In this document: positions 1 to 10,393 of the stretch, piece by piece
Layout: each line of letters opens with the position of its first letter
How positions within the stretch are numbered: position 1 is the first letter of the stretch
NCBI GenBank assembly: GCA_964413425.1
Contig: CAYPST010000007.1
Location: forward strand, 10,987-74,986
Source: an uncultured bacterium
GTDB lineage: Bacteria > Fidelibacterota > JAANXI01
DNA: 64,000 bases
Direction of reading: 5' to 3'
Translations under genes and position numbers: made by a program
Notes under the pieces: generated by a model
Told to the model about the DNA's origin: nothing
What the model saw: only the letters and a program-made list of their open reading frames with translations
Database searches by the model: none

Positions 1-416
1 TGTTGGCGGCTGAATATATCTTATCCCACGGCAACTATGATGTTATGCTGTGTGAACGCGGCATAAGAACATTTGATTCTAAATATACCCGAAATACTCT
101 TGACATCAATGCTATTGCGGTATTAAAAGAAGTATCGCATCTTCCGGTCATTATCGATCCCAGTCATTCAACCGGCAAGTGGGAGTACGTAAGTGCTGCC
201 TCCCGAGCGGCTGTGGCCGCAGGAGCGGATGGGTTACTCATCGAAGTGCATCCCAATCCCACCAAAGCCTTATCTGACGGCAGACAGTCGTTGCTACCCG
301 AGAATTTCGATCAATTAGTGGCACAGATCCAAGTCATCGCGCAGGCAATTAATCGAAATGTCGATTTCACGGGGCAAGAAACCGATGTGAAAGAGAACCC
401 ATTGATGCAGGAATAA
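1..416 (+). CDS. aroF: DAHP synthase (type I-beta), C-terminal part; 5' end lies outside the window
   Basis: Motifs [17 protein letters not shown] and [18 protein letters not shown] are typical of 3-deoxy-7-phosphoheptulonate synthase. Confidence 0.9.
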   Translation, partial: LAAEYILSHGNYDVMLCERGIRTFDSKYTRNTLDINAIAVLKEVSHLPVIIDPSHSTGKWEYVSAASRAAVAAGADGLLIEVHPNPTKALSDGRQSLLPENFDQLVAQIQVIAQAINRNVDFTGQETDVKENPLMQE

Positions 417-417
417 A

Positions 418-601
418 AGTTCTTCCGTCAGCGGGGACGACAACCAGGGGGTGGATCGGGCCAACGCCTGTTAGCTGCAGGGTGAAAACCGATACGTAAA
501 GTTGAGTCTTACACCCCTCCGCCGGCCCAGTGCAAACCCGCACTCCCCAGGAAATCTCGCAGGTACAATCGGGCTTCCTTCGATTGTGGGCAGGGAATTT
601 C
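418..601 (+). ncRNA. Candidate structured RNA or leader of unknown family upstream of leuS
   Basis: GC-rich intergenic block with several stems: GGGGTG/CACCCC, CGGGC-CAAC-GCCTG, GGT-GAAA-ACC, AGTGC/GCACT, ACAATCG/CGATTGT. The two ends pair with G-U pairs on the + strand. No known family recognised. Confidence 0.35.
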
Positions 602-752
602 ACAGAAAAGGAGAGAGAAAATTATTACCTTCTTATTCTATTGAGCTGCAGTGGAGTCAAAAGACTGTTCTCACCGGGGGAAAGGCTTTCATTCTATTGT
701 TATTACGTATAAATTTGGAAACAGAATAAGCGAGCAGTGTACGAGGTGAAAT

Positions 753-3206
753 ATGCAGGAGAGAAAAATACAAGAGGATACTGAGCATTATCCGCATAGG
801 CACGTTGAAAAAAAGTGGCACACTTATTGGCGGGAGAACAAACTCCACGAACCCGATCTGGATAATCCCGGGGAGAAATTGTATACCCTGGTCATGTTTA
901 GTTATCCATCCGGAGATAAACTTCACTGTGGGCATTGGTATAACTTTGGTCCCACCGATACCTGGGCCCGATATCAGCGCATGCAGGGCAAGGATGTCTT
1001 CGAACCGATGGGATTCGATGCCTTCGGCCTGCCGGCAGAAAATTATGCGATTCAACATGGCATCCATCCCCATGAGAGTACCCAGGCGAATATCAAGTAT
1101 ATGCGTAAGCAGCTGCGAGAAATTGGTGCCATGTATGACTGGCGGAACGAGGTGGATACCAGCGATCCGGAATATTATCAGTGGACCCAGTGGATTTTCT
1201 TACAGTTGTACCATATGGGATTGGCCTACAAACGGAAATCACCGGTGAATTGGTGTCCGAGCTGCGAGACCGTTCTGGCAAATGAACAGGTCATTGAGGG
1301 AAAATGTGAACGCTGTGATGCCCCGGTTGTGAAGAAAAATCTGGAGCAATGGTTCTTCAAGATCACGGAGTATGCCGATGAATTGCTGGAAGGCCTGGGG
1401 CGAATCGACTGGCCTGAAAAAACCAAAGCCATGCAGCGCCACTGGATAGGGAAGAGCGTGGGCGCTGAAATATTCTTTCCACTCGCGGGCAATGAAGATC
1501 AGACCATCCGAGCCTTCACGACGCGTCCGGATACCATATTCGGGGCCACTTATATGGTGTTGGCCCCGGAACATCCTCTGGTAGAAGAGATTACGATTGG
1601 AGATCAGCATGAGGTGGTTCAGGACTACATGATGAAGGCGGAGAAGGCGAGTGACATTGAGCGATTGGCTGAAGATCGCGAAAAGACCGGTGTGTTCACC
1701 GGAGCTTACGCAATCAATCCGTTTACGAAAGAACAAATGCCAATATGGATTGCCGATTACGTATTATATACCTACGGAACCGGAGCCATTATGGCCGTAC
1801 CTGCCCACGATGAGCGCGATTTCGCGTTCGCCCGGAAATATAATTTGCCTATCCGGGAAGTGATCTCGCCGGATAGGGAATCACACGGAGCAGACGAGTG
1901 CTACACGGAGTACGGGATTCTTCTGAATTCCGGGAAGTATACCGAGATGACCTCCCGGGACGCGATGCAGCGAATTGCCGAGGATTGTGAACAGAGAGAC
2001 ATTGGCCGAGCGAGCGTCCAGTATCGGCTGCGCGACTGGCTTATATCGCGGCAGCGGTACTGGGGTGCACCGATTCCCATTGTATACTGCGACAAGTGCG
2101 GAACCGTCCCGGTTCCCGAAGAGGATTTGCCGGTAGAATTACCACAGGATCTGGATATCAGTGATACCAGAGAAAGCGGGATCGCCCCGCTCGGTCATTC
2201 CGAAGACTTCGTTCACACCTCCTGCCCGGAGTGCGGGAATCCGGCCAAACGGGAAATTGATACCATGGATACTTTCGTTGATTCCTCCTGGTATTTCCTG
2301 CGCTACGTCGACGCCCACTATGATGAGGGGCCCTGGAATCCGGAGCGGGTGGAAACCTGGCTGCCGGTGGATCAATACGTCGGTGGCGCCGAGCATGCCA
2401 CGATGCATTTACTCTATGCCCGGTTCGTTATTAAAGCACTGCATGACAGAGGCCTGCTGGGTTTCGATGAACCCTTTACCCGATTGCTGCACCAGGGCAC
2501 AATCACCAAGGATGGGGCCAAGATGTCCAAATCGCGCGGCAATACGGTGAGCCCGGACGAATTTATCGATCAATATGGCTCGGATATTTTCCGCATGTAT
2601 CTGATGTTCATGGGACCATACGAAGAAGGCGGCGATTGGAGTGACAAAGGAATCGTCGGTATCAACCGGTTTGTGAACAGAATCTGGCGCTTGGTCCGGA
2701 ACTTTACTGCAATGAAGAAAAAAACCTGTGAAGATGATACCTTACTGCGCCTGATGCACAGCACCATCAAGCAGGTCAGGGAAGATACCGAGGCCTTTAA
2801 ATTCAACACGGCCCTCAGCCGTATTATGGAATACGTCAATGCTCTTTATAAAGCAGAAGAGACCGATATCGCCCGGGAAAATCTGGAAACACTCGTCCTG
2901 CTCTTAGCCCCATTTGCCCCGCATTTCACCGAGGAATTGTGGGAAATGCTGGGGCATGCACCATCAATCTTCGAACAACAGATCCCCGACTATGACGAAC
3001 AGTATCTGCAACAGTCGACGGTGAATATGGTAGTCCAGGTGAATGGGAAAGTACGCGATACCTTTGATATCGCCGCCGACAGCAGTGAAGAGGAAGTCAA
3101 ACAAGCCGCTCTGTCCCTGGAGAAAATCCGCAACTACATTGATGGGAAGGATGTCGTAAAAACAATCGTGATTCCAGGTCGATTAATTAATCTGGTGGTG
3201 AAATGA
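753..3206 (+). CDS. leuS: Leucine--tRNA ligase
   Basis: 817 aa; HIGH-like motif (LHCGH), GFDAFGLPAEN, TTRPDT editing domain, DWLISRQRYWG and KMSKS. Confidence 0.98.
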   Translation: MQERKIQEDTEHYPHRHVEKKWHTYWRENKLHEPDLDNPGEKLYTLVMFSYPSGDKLHCGHWYNFGPTDTWARYQRMQGKDVFEPMGFDAFGLPAENYAIQHGIHPHESTQANIKYMRKQLREIGAMYDWRNEVDTSDPEYYQWTQWIFLQLYHMGLAYKRKSPVNWCPSCETVLANEQVIEGKCERCDAPVVKKNLEQWFFKITEYADELLEGLGRIDWPEKTKAMQRHWIGKSVGAEIFFPLAGNEDQTIRAFTTRPDTIFGATYMVLAPEHPLVEEITIGDQHEVVQDYMMKAEKASDIERLAEDREKTGVFTGAYAINPFTKEQMPIWIADYVLYTYGTGAIMAVPAHDERDFAFARKYNLPIREVISPDRESHGADECYTEYGILLNSGKYTEMTSRDAMQRIAEDCEQRDIGRASVQYRLRDWLISRQRYWGAPIPIVYCDKCGTVPVPEEDLPVELPQDLDISDTRESGIAPLGHSEDFVHTSCPECGNPAKREIDTMDTFVDSSWYFLRYVDAHYDEGPWNPERVETWLPVDQYVGGAEHATMHLLYARFVIKALHDRGLLGFDEPFTRLLHQGTITKDGAKMSKSRGNTVSPDEFIDQYGSDIFRMYLMFMGPYEEGGDWSDKGIVGINRFVNRIWRLVRNFTAMKKKTCEDDTLLRLMHSTIKQVREDTEAFKFNTALSRIMEYVNALYKAEETDIARENLETLVLLLAPFAPHFTEELWEMLGHAPSIFEQQIPDYDEQYLQQSTVNMVVQVNGKVRDTFDIAADSSEEEVKQAALSLEKIRNYIDGKDVVKTIVIPGRLINLVVK

Positions 3207-3264
3207 TTCGACCGCCTTTCAATACCCGCACCCCGGAAACCGGGGCGGAGAGCGAGCGACAAAA

Positions 3265-4266
3265 ATGGGCCTGAAACAGGACTATGATGCTCTCCTGACT
3301 GAGAATAAACAGCTCTTCGATGACAGAGATTATCAGGGGTATCTGGAAAAGGGGAGCAAGCAGACCACATCCGACGTGTTTCTGCGGATTGGGGAAGGCC
3401 TTGCTCATCTCAGAGAGCGTCTTGAAAAACGCGCAAGTATCATTGCGCAGGAACACTCTCTATCGACATTCAATCTGTTTAACGAGATGATCGAAAACCT
3501 GAATCGGATATCCAGCCAATTCTTGCAGGAATCAGAATACTCTTTCTATCTAATTCCCGAAGTGCACTTACGGGGGTGTATTGAGATATTACAGTCGGAT
3601 CGGGATCTGATACAGCGCTCCTCTGAATTTCAGACAAAAGCGGGGCGGATCCTCAATAAAGCGGAGATTACTGAACAGGATATCCAGGAGTTGGAAAAAA
3701 GGTGCCGGAACCTATTGGAAGCAGCCACCAACCGGCAGCAGCGAATTCAGGAACTGGGTGATAAATTCAGGCATCTGGAAGAAGCAGCCGGCCGGATCGG
3801 AAAGCTTATTGATGAGCGCGACCTGAACGAAGCGCGGCACATTGCCGGCACTCTCTTCGAGCAGAAAAACGGGTTTTTAAAACCATTTTTGGATTTAATT
3901 GAACAGTTTAAAGATCGTAAATTATTTCATACCAGACGAGTGGAATCCGGAATGTATCGGGATGAACAATCCCTGAAATTCTTTGATTTATACGTGGATG
4001 TGCTATCTCACTTAAACCAGATTCTTGATGAACAAGCCGAAAATCTCGAACTTTCGCCCTTCAAAGATAAAGCGAGCCAGGCGGCGGCGAAATTAACTGC
4101 CCTTGAAGACCAGCGGAAGGAGTTGTATGAGCAGGCTGCTCCCAGAGAATCGGAGGAAGAAGGTCAACGCGACGTTGATGAGTCCGCTTGGTCTAAGATT
4201 CCTCTGATAGCCATCACGGCACTGATCATTCTGGTGATTACCGTCATTATAGTCCTCGTGCTTTAG
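3265..4266 (+). CDS. Hypothetical alpha-helical/coiled-coil protein with a C-terminal transmembrane anchor
   Basis: 333-aa ORF rich in E/L/K/Q; ends in the hydrophobic IPLIAITALIILVITVIIVLVL; no signal peptide seen. Confidence 0.75.
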   Translation: MGLKQDYDALLTENKQLFDDRDYQGYLEKGSKQTTSDVFLRIGEGLAHLRERLEKRASIIAQEHSLSTFNLFNEMIENLNRISSQFLQESEYSFYLIPEVHLRGCIEILQSDRDLIQRSSEFQTKAGRILNKAEITEQDIQELEKRCRNLLEAATNRQQRIQELGDKFRHLEEAAGRIGKLIDERDLNEARHIAGTLFEQKNGFLKPFLDLIEQFKDRKLFHTRRVESGMYRDEQSLKFFDLYVDVLSHLNQILDEQAENLELSPFKDKASQAAAKLTALEDQRKELYEQAAPRESEEEGQRDVDESAWSKIPLIAITALIILVITVIIVLVL

Positions 4267-4492
4267 TATAATCCATGATGTAAAGTGTACTTAAAAGAAG
4301 GTCTGCAGAGAGTTCGTATCCTTCGACGTGTGCGCATGATGCGCATCAAATGGACATGGAGAATGGAAGGAGGGAGGATCGAAGAAAGGATCGTATGTTG
4401 ACGGTAATTACATTAGTTTACATAATCTATCTTATCGGAACATTTATATTGAACTCATCACAACCCAAACCAGCCATACTTTCCGGTTGTTC

Positions 4493-5533
4493 TCACTCTG
4501 GGTGTGAGATCGACTTCCCGCTGGCGATGGCTTCTAACTTCTCCAAATTATCCCGGTCTCCGATACAAATTAAAATGTCTCCGGCATTGATAACCATATC
4601 CGAGGCAGGATTGAACTGCATTTCATTGGAACTATCCAGGATGGCGGTGACAATCGTATCGAACCGGCTGCGAATTGGTGTATCGATCAGTGCCGCCCCT
4701 GCCAGTTCTGACTGTTCATAGACTCGAATCTGATCAATGACCAGATTCAGCTTCTTCTGCCTGGAAACAATTTCGATAAAATCATCAACATGCGGCGATA
4801 ACATCATCTGGGCCATTTTATGCCCGCCGATTTCGTATGGGTTTACCACCTTATTTACGCCGGCCGCCCGCATCTTCGTCTGGGTGCCCTCCTCACTACA
4901 GCGTGTCAGGATAAAAAGGTCCGAATTGAGTTGACGTGCTGACAGAGCAACAAACAGATTATCCGCGTCGGTCGCCAGGACAGCCACTAACCCTCTTGCC
5001 CGTTCCACACCGGCTTTTCTCAGTACCGCATCCTCAATGGCAGAGCCCTCGATATAGGTAAACCCGGATTCGGCAAGTGTACTCACGGCGTCGGGATTGT
5101 TTTCGATGATCACGACATCCTGATGTCGCCGGTGGAATTCTGCGGCGATGACCCGTCCCATCCGACCGTATCCACAGATAATATAATGATCTTTCATGGC
5201 ATTAATCCGTCGTAGTAATGTTCGGTTTCTCCAGAATGGCACTTCGATTAAAAATTGAGCGACTTGAGAGACACCGGTATAGGCCAGGAGGCTAATCCCA
5301 AAGATAATGAGAACAAGGGTCCATGCCTGTCCCATGGGTGAAAGCGGCTTCACTTCCCGGAATCCGACCGTGCTCAGCGTGATGATCGTCATATAAAAGG
5401 ATTCCAGAAGCGTCCAACCCTCAATGAGTGTGAATCCCAGGGTACCAGAGATAATCAAAGTGAGAAAAACAATAAGGATGCGGCGGATATTGCGAGATCG
5501 CGGGGATAATCCTGTCTGATTCGCTGTGATCAT
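4493..5533 (-). CDS. Two-TM potassium channel with RCK (TrkA-N/TrkA-C) domains
   Basis: Pore region YMTIITLSTVGFRE, Rossmann motif IICGYGRMG and a C-terminal TrkA-C-like region. Confidence 0.9.
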   Translation of the reverse strand: MITANQTGLSPRSRNIRRILIVFLTLIISGTLGFTLIEGWTLLESFYMTIITLSTVGFREVKPLSPMGQAWTLVLIIFGISLLAYTGVSQVAQFLIEVPFWRNRTLLRRINAMKDHYIICGYGRMGRVIAAEFHRRHQDVVIIENNPDAVSTLAESGFTYIEGSAIEDAVLRKAGVERARGLVAVLATDADNLFVALSARQLNSDLFILTRCSEEGTQTKMRAAGVNKVVNPYEIGGHKMAQMMLSPHVDDFIEIVSRQKKLNLVIDQIRVYEQSELAGAALIDTPIRSRFDTIVTAILDSSNEMQFNPASDMVINAGDILICIGDRDNLEKLEAIASGKSISHPE

Positions 5534-7776
5534 GCACCACGCTCTGGTTGATCATCCCGGGGTTCTCGGGCCGGTGGTTCCGAAGTATGGTGCGGAGATG
5601 GTTGGTTGGAAAAAATACTCCGAAGCACCTCAATATCATTCTGGCTGTCAATTTTCAAGTGTACATCGCGCTGAGGAAATGGAATCCCGATTCCTTTCTC
5701 CTGAAACGCCTGATGGATTTGAAAATTAATATCACTCTTGATATTGTTCACACCTTCCTGGGGATCATTGATCCAGATTAAGAGCTCGAAGTCCAGTGAA
5801 CTTTCGCCGAATTCCTTAAACCAGATCCGCGGCCGCGGAAGAGCAAGCACCCGCGGATGGGCGTCTGCAATTTCGAGCAGAACCTCCTGTACCCATTCCG
5901 GATTGGTGCCGTATTCCACTCCGATTGGGACGTGCACTCGGGTCGGGGTATTATTCAGGCTCCAATTGATCACCGTTTTTTCAATAAAGTCCGAGTTCGG
6001 AACGATGATGGCAATGTTATCCCGGGTCAAAATCGTTGTGCTGCGCGCAGAGATCCGGGTGACCGTCCCCAGAATTTCTCCCACCTGAACGAAGTCTTTA
6101 CTCTTGATGGGTCTTTCAAACAGAATAATCAACCCACTGGCAAAGTTATTGGCGATGTTTTGCAGTCCAAATCCAATACCGAGTCCCAACGCGCCTGCAA
6201 AGATCTTTAACGTGGTTAGCTGAATTCCCACGCTTTCGACAGCCACCACCAGACCAACCACCAGGATAAGGTAATGCGTGATGGTCAATACTGCATGGCG
6301 TGCGCCGATGTCCAGCTTCGTCTTTCGGAGGACGCTGGATTTTAAGAAATTTCTCACCAGCCGGGACACATACAGGAATAACCCAAAGATCAATATCGCC
6401 TTGATAAGTGACCAGATGGTAATAGGCGTGTCCTGCACGTTAAATAACCGGAACGTGAAAAAAGCGAGGATTGACTCCCCTATCGATTGTTCGCCCATCA
6501 GCCACCAGGATTTTGCAATCAGGACTGCCCCAATGAGAATAAGTATGGCTGAACTTGTGAACTGTGCAATGGTATACACACGTTCCCAGAATTGGGCTGC
6601 TCTATCTTCTTCATCTTTCCGCTGCCGTTTTTCGTCAGGCAGAACCCAGTTCAGTGCATCATAAAGAATACGATTGACCAGTATCCCAAGCAGAACAATA
6701 GTAATGGTATAGAAGACGCGACTGAAGATAAAGCCGGATAACTGCACATACCCTAAGACGGATAAAAGACCTCCAACTACAAGAATGAGATATGTGGGGT
6801 AATATAATTGTTTCAATATGCGCAATAAACTGCGGTAGAACCTATTCTGTGTTTCCGGGAACAGCGAGAGGGTGAAATCTCTTCTGGCAAACAAAAGCGA
6901 AAATACAACAATGGCTCCCACCCTGTAGACAAATTGCACCAGATGAATCACATTCTCATGCAGCTGGAAAAACCGCAAGAGGAACAGAAGAATTACATAC
7001 AATAACGTCCACTGAAACAAGACTCGAGCCAGGTAGGAAAAATACTTTGCTATTCTGGTACTACACGGAATTAATCGCTGGCGCTTCCCATCGGGTGCGA
7101 AGAGGATTTCCAGTAACCAGCGTGAAAATTTATAGAGAACCACGGCAACGGCAACATTAAAAATGGTATTATTAATCTGTGTCGGGAATTGTAATACCAA
7201 GGCAGTCACCCAGACACCAAATGTCAGAAAAAGTGTTGGCAGAACCCGGAGTAAAATTTCCAGAATATATCCGGCCGTGGTGATAGCCAGTATTTTCCGG
7301 TCAGCACAGTCATCTCTGAGTCCTTTCAAGTACTGCTTTATAGGACGGTATGAAAACGCTAATATTCCAGTGATGAATAAGGCAACCACCAGATACAGAA
7401 GATATTCCAGACCGGAAAAATGTCTCCGGAGCGATTCTTGTACTTGTCGAATGGTTGCATTATCACCCCGGATCACGCCGGAAACATCCTGCCATAATTG
7501 CGCAAAGGTCTGGCGGGATACCGGAATCTCCTCCCGCTCAACCAATTGACTATAGCGTTCTCGAACGAATTTCAGACTATAGGCTGCGGAAGTATCTACG
7601 GTTGATTGGGTGACACTCGCGTCGTCGGTTTTTTCCTGGTTCGGTGCAGGCGTTGATCGGATGGGCTGCCGGGTGTCAAATGGGACGGGAAACGGATTCT
7701 GAGAAACACCTGATTGTGGGGCGATAACCAAAAAGAGCCCGATCAGCAAATACTCAGGAATTCGTCGGAATTTCAT
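5530..7776 (-). CDS. Large MscS-family (MscK-like) mechanosensitive channel
   Basis: Signal peptide, many TM helices and the MscS core GALGLGIGFGLQNIANNFASGLIILFERPI ... IPFPQRDVH. Confidence 0.92.
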   Translation of the reverse strand: MKFRRIPEYLLIGLFLVIAPQSGVSQNPFPVPFDTRQPIRSTPAPNQEKTDDASVTQSTVDTSAAYSLKFVRERYSQLVEREEIPVSRQTFAQLWQDVSGVIRGDNATIRQVQESLRRHFSGLEYLLYLVVALFITGILAFSYRPIKQYLKGLRDDCADRKILAITTAGYILEILLRVLPTLFLTFGVWVTALVLQFPTQINNTIFNVAVAVVLYKFSRWLLEILFAPDGKRQRLIPCSTRIAKYFSYLARVLFQWTLLYVILLFLLRFFQLHENVIHLVQFVYRVGAIVVFSLLFARRDFTLSLFPETQNRFYRSLLRILKQLYYPTYLILVVGGLLSVLGYVQLSGFIFSRVFYTITIVLLGILVNRILYDALNWVLPDEKRQRKDEEDRAAQFWERVYTIAQFTSSAILILIGAVLIAKSWWLMGEQSIGESILAFFTFRLFNVQDTPITIWSLIKAILIFGLFLYVSRLVRNFLKSSVLRKTKLDIGARHAVLTITHYLILVVGLVVAVESVGIQLTTLKIFAGALGLGIGFGLQNIANNFASGLIILFERPIKSKDFVQVGEILGTVTRISARSTTILTRDNIAIIVPNSDFIEKTVINWSLNNTPTRVHVPIGVEYGTNPEWVQEVLLEIADAHPRVLALPRPRIWFKEFGESSLDFELLIWINDPQEGVNNIKSDINFQIHQAFQEKGIGIPFPQRDVHLKIDSQNDIEVLRSIFSNQPSPHHTSEPPAREPRDDQPERGA

Positions 7777-8536
7777 AACTCATGCCGTCTTTTGCGAGAA
7801 GGATCTCACCTTGATAGTACTGGTGTGCTGTACCGACAATGTCTTGTTGCTCCATGATTGGATAGAAATGGGTGAACATGGTGGTTTTGGCCCGGGCCAA
7901 TGCGGCCATTTTGCCGGCTTCCGATGGTGAAAGATGCTTATCATACTCCGTGGATTCCGGGACGGCACATTCCAAAATCATGAGGTCGGCATTTTTACCA
8001 AAGTCGGCGAATGCTTCGCTGTAACCGGTATCCCCGGCATAGACCAATACGCTGCCGGACTCATCCTCAATCCGGTAGCCAATGCTATGCTCTGTGTGCC
8101 TGGTCTCCCCCGTTTTCATTCTGGCAAAACCCAGGTCAATTTCTTCCCATGGATCGCATTCGTGAATGTCAAGAAGAATTTGATCCGAGTCAATCCACTG
8201 TCCGTAAATTTGATGTAACTTGTTATAATATTCAACAAACCCTTTCGGTGCAATGACCTGGATCGTGAAAGAGCCTTCCAGAGAATAATCATTTTTTATG
8301 GCAAACAGGAACGGAATAAAATCAATTGTGTGATCCGGATGGAGATGCGTGTACAGTATATGGTGAATTTCGGAATAATCGTATCCATAATTTGCCACCT
8401 GCCGAAGCGCCCCTGCGCCACCATCAAGAAGCAGAAGATGATGTTCGATCTGGACAAGATATCCGGGATTTCCACGATTCGGGTACGGAATACACGTGCC
8501 GGATCCAAGCACTGTTATTTTCATTGTTGAGTCCAA
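7754..8536 (-). CDS. MBL-fold metallo-hydrolase (RNase Z/BN-like)
   Basis: ITVLGSGT, THLHPDH, GDTG and THFYP motifs. Confidence 0.85.
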   Translation of the reverse strand: MDSTMKITVLGSGTCIPYPNRGNPGYLVQIEHHLLLLDGGAGALRQVANYGYDYSEIHHILYTHLHPDHTIDFIPFLFAIKNDYSLEGSFTIQVIAPKGFVEYYNKLHQIYGQWIDSDQILLDIHECDPWEEIDLGFARMKTGETRHTEHSIGYRIEDESGSVLVYAGDTGYSEAFADFGKNADLMILECAVPESTEYDKHLSPSEAGKMAALARAKTTMFTHFYPIMEQQDIVGTAHQYYQGEILLAKDGMSYEIPTNS

Positions 8537-8617
8537 TACATTGGTGATTGTACTCTTGGTTCAGCGGGCCTCATCTTTGCAATTGTTTCTGAATATCAGT
8601 TAATTGTAAAGCATAAG

Positions 8618-10393
8618 TTAAAGTGTTTGTCCCAGTGTCAGATGAATATTTGCCGGGCTCTCCCCTGCTCTTGGTTTTACTTTGAATCCGCAATCAACCC
8701 GAACCATTCCAAGAGGTGTATTATATCTTAATCCGGCACCAATTCCAATCCGAATATTCCCTCGGTTTAAGGCCGGACTTTTTTCCCACACATTTCCTGC
8801 ATCAATGAATACAGCGCCCTGGAGTTGTTTATACAGTTTAATACGAAATTCAGTCTGAGAAATCAACTTCGAATACCCGCCGACAGGCTTCTCATTGCGT
8901 TGTGGTCCGATGGCTCGATCCCCATACCCGCGCAGTGAGTAATCCCCACCTGCAAAAAATCGTTCATAGATGGGAACCGCCGGCGTCGGACCGACTTCGA
9001 AGAGCAATCCGGAAGAAAATTTCGTTGCCAGGGTAAATCCAGGAGTGAGCGGGATATATCTGATATAGTTTGCCGTCAGTCTCAGATACGAGTTCGTGCC
9101 CCGAAATATCTGTCCGGCGAAGAGACTCGAGAGATCGAAGTAACTCCCCTCATCCGGATTAAATAAGTTATCTCTGGTATCTCGGGTGAAGGTCAAACTC
9201 ACACTCCGAATCCGGTCATTGGTGGAATCAGCCACCGAGGCGGTATCGATCCTGGTAAACGTATTATTTTCGATTCGCATTGAGGAAGATAATCTGCAAT
9301 ACTGAACAAGTTCCCTCCCAATCGTCGTCTCCGTGCCCACACGATTGACCGAATAGTTTGTTTCCATCTCCCGGCGAAAATAAGAGGTGTTATCAAATCG
9401 AGATTTCCAGAGAAAAAAGTGCGGCGCAGTATAGACTCCCTCCAATCGTATTTCTCTGAAACTCAGTCTGGTTCGGAATCCGATTTTTTGTCCGGTACCC
9501 TGAACATTCCCCTGTAACAGTTCGGTCGACAATCGAATTCGTTCGGCAGAGCCGTACCCAAGACCAAAATTGAGCTCGCCTGTTTCGGCTTCCATTACCT
9601 GGATCTCAACGTTTCTGAGCGGTCCGTTCCCTGCCGAATCTCGTTGCGGTGTAATAAGCACACTATTAAATAATCCTGTTTTATAAAGATTGTGTTGACT
9701 TTTTACCACCTTCTGATGGGTGAATAAATCACCGGGTTGAAGAGCGAGTTCTCGTTTGATGACATTCACATTGGTTTTCTCGTTTCCGGAAATAATCACA
9801 GAATCCACGTACACCGGATGTCCTTCAGTGATGTGGAAAGCAACGTCAATGGTATCCTGCATCCTGTCAAGGCGGGGATCCACTTGCGCGTCGATATATC
9901 CTATTTCCGCATATCTGTTCACAATACTCCAGGTAGATTCACTCACATTCAAAAAGCTGAACGGCGCATGCTCCCGGAGACGAATGAAACTGCGCAAGTG
10001 AGTTGTGGTCAGGGCATGATTGCCCCGGAATACAATATCACCGACGCGGGATCTGGGACCTTCTGAAATGGTGATGTTTATCTGTACCCGGTTTGTCTCA
10101 ACATAGGTGGTATCCCAGGATTGGATTAATGATTCCAAAAATCCACGATTATTGTATAAGGTGATTATCGCCCGCAGATCATCCTGAAAGATCTGCGGTT
10201 CAAACCGATGCCTTCTCCACCAATGACTCTCTTTGGTGAACATCACCTGTTTAATCGTGCGCTCGGAGAGATGCTCATTGCCCGAAAACCCGATTGCTTC
10301 TGTAAGTGGCGCACCGGCCTGGTTGTTCTGCGCCAGTACTATCTCTCCGAAAAGGAAAAGACACCATAGTATCGGTAGAAAGCGTGTTCTCAT
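8618..10393 (-). CDS. Omp85-family outer membrane protein (TamA/BamA-like, about 3 POTRA domains)
   Basis: Signal peptide, POTRA-like repeats (FSGNEHLS, FRGNHAL, ISGNEKT), barrel motifs ERFFAGG..SLRGY and GAGLRYNTPLG; directly follows tamB. Confidence 0.88.
   Translation of the reverse strand: MRTRFLPILWCLFLFGEIVLAQNNQAGAPLTEAIGFSGNEHLSERTIKQVMFTKESHWWRRHRFEPQIFQDDLRAIITLYNNRGFLESLIQSWDTTYVETNRVQINITISEGPRSRVGDIVFRGNHALTTTHLRSFIRLREHAPFSFLNVSESTWSIVNRYAEIGYIDAQVDPRLDRMQDTIDVAFHITEGHPVYVDSVIISGNEKTNVNVIKRELALQPGDLFTHQKVVKSQHNLYKTGLFNSVLITPQRDSAGNGPLRNVEIQVMEAETGELNFGLGYGSAERIRLSTELLQGNVQGTGQKIGFRTRLSFREIRLEGVYTAPHFFLWKSRFDNTSYFRREMETNYSVNRVGTETTIGRELVQYCRLSSSMRIENNTFTRIDTASVADSTNDRIRSVSLTFTRDTRDNLFNPDEGSYFDLSSLFAGQIFRGTNSYLRLTANYIRYIPLTPGFTLATKFSSGLLFEVGPTPAVPIYERFFAGGDYSLRGYGDRAIGPQRNEKPVGGYSKLISQTEFRIKLYKQLQGAVFIDAGNVWEKSPALNRGNIRIGIGAGLRYNTPLGMVRVDCGFKVKPRAGESPANIHLTLGQTL

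Noticed and set aside
418-601. T-box, glycine, cobalamin or c-di-AMP riboswitch, tmRNA, SRP RNA or functional tRNA-Sec upstream of leuS
   Set aside because: Only fragmentary resemblance; the diagnostic motifs (T-box sequence, UCA anticodon arm, SRP GGAA loop in context) are absent.
4350-4721. 123-aa ORF with one TM segment
   Set aside because: More than half overlaps the K+ channel gene on the opposite strand; no recognisable family.
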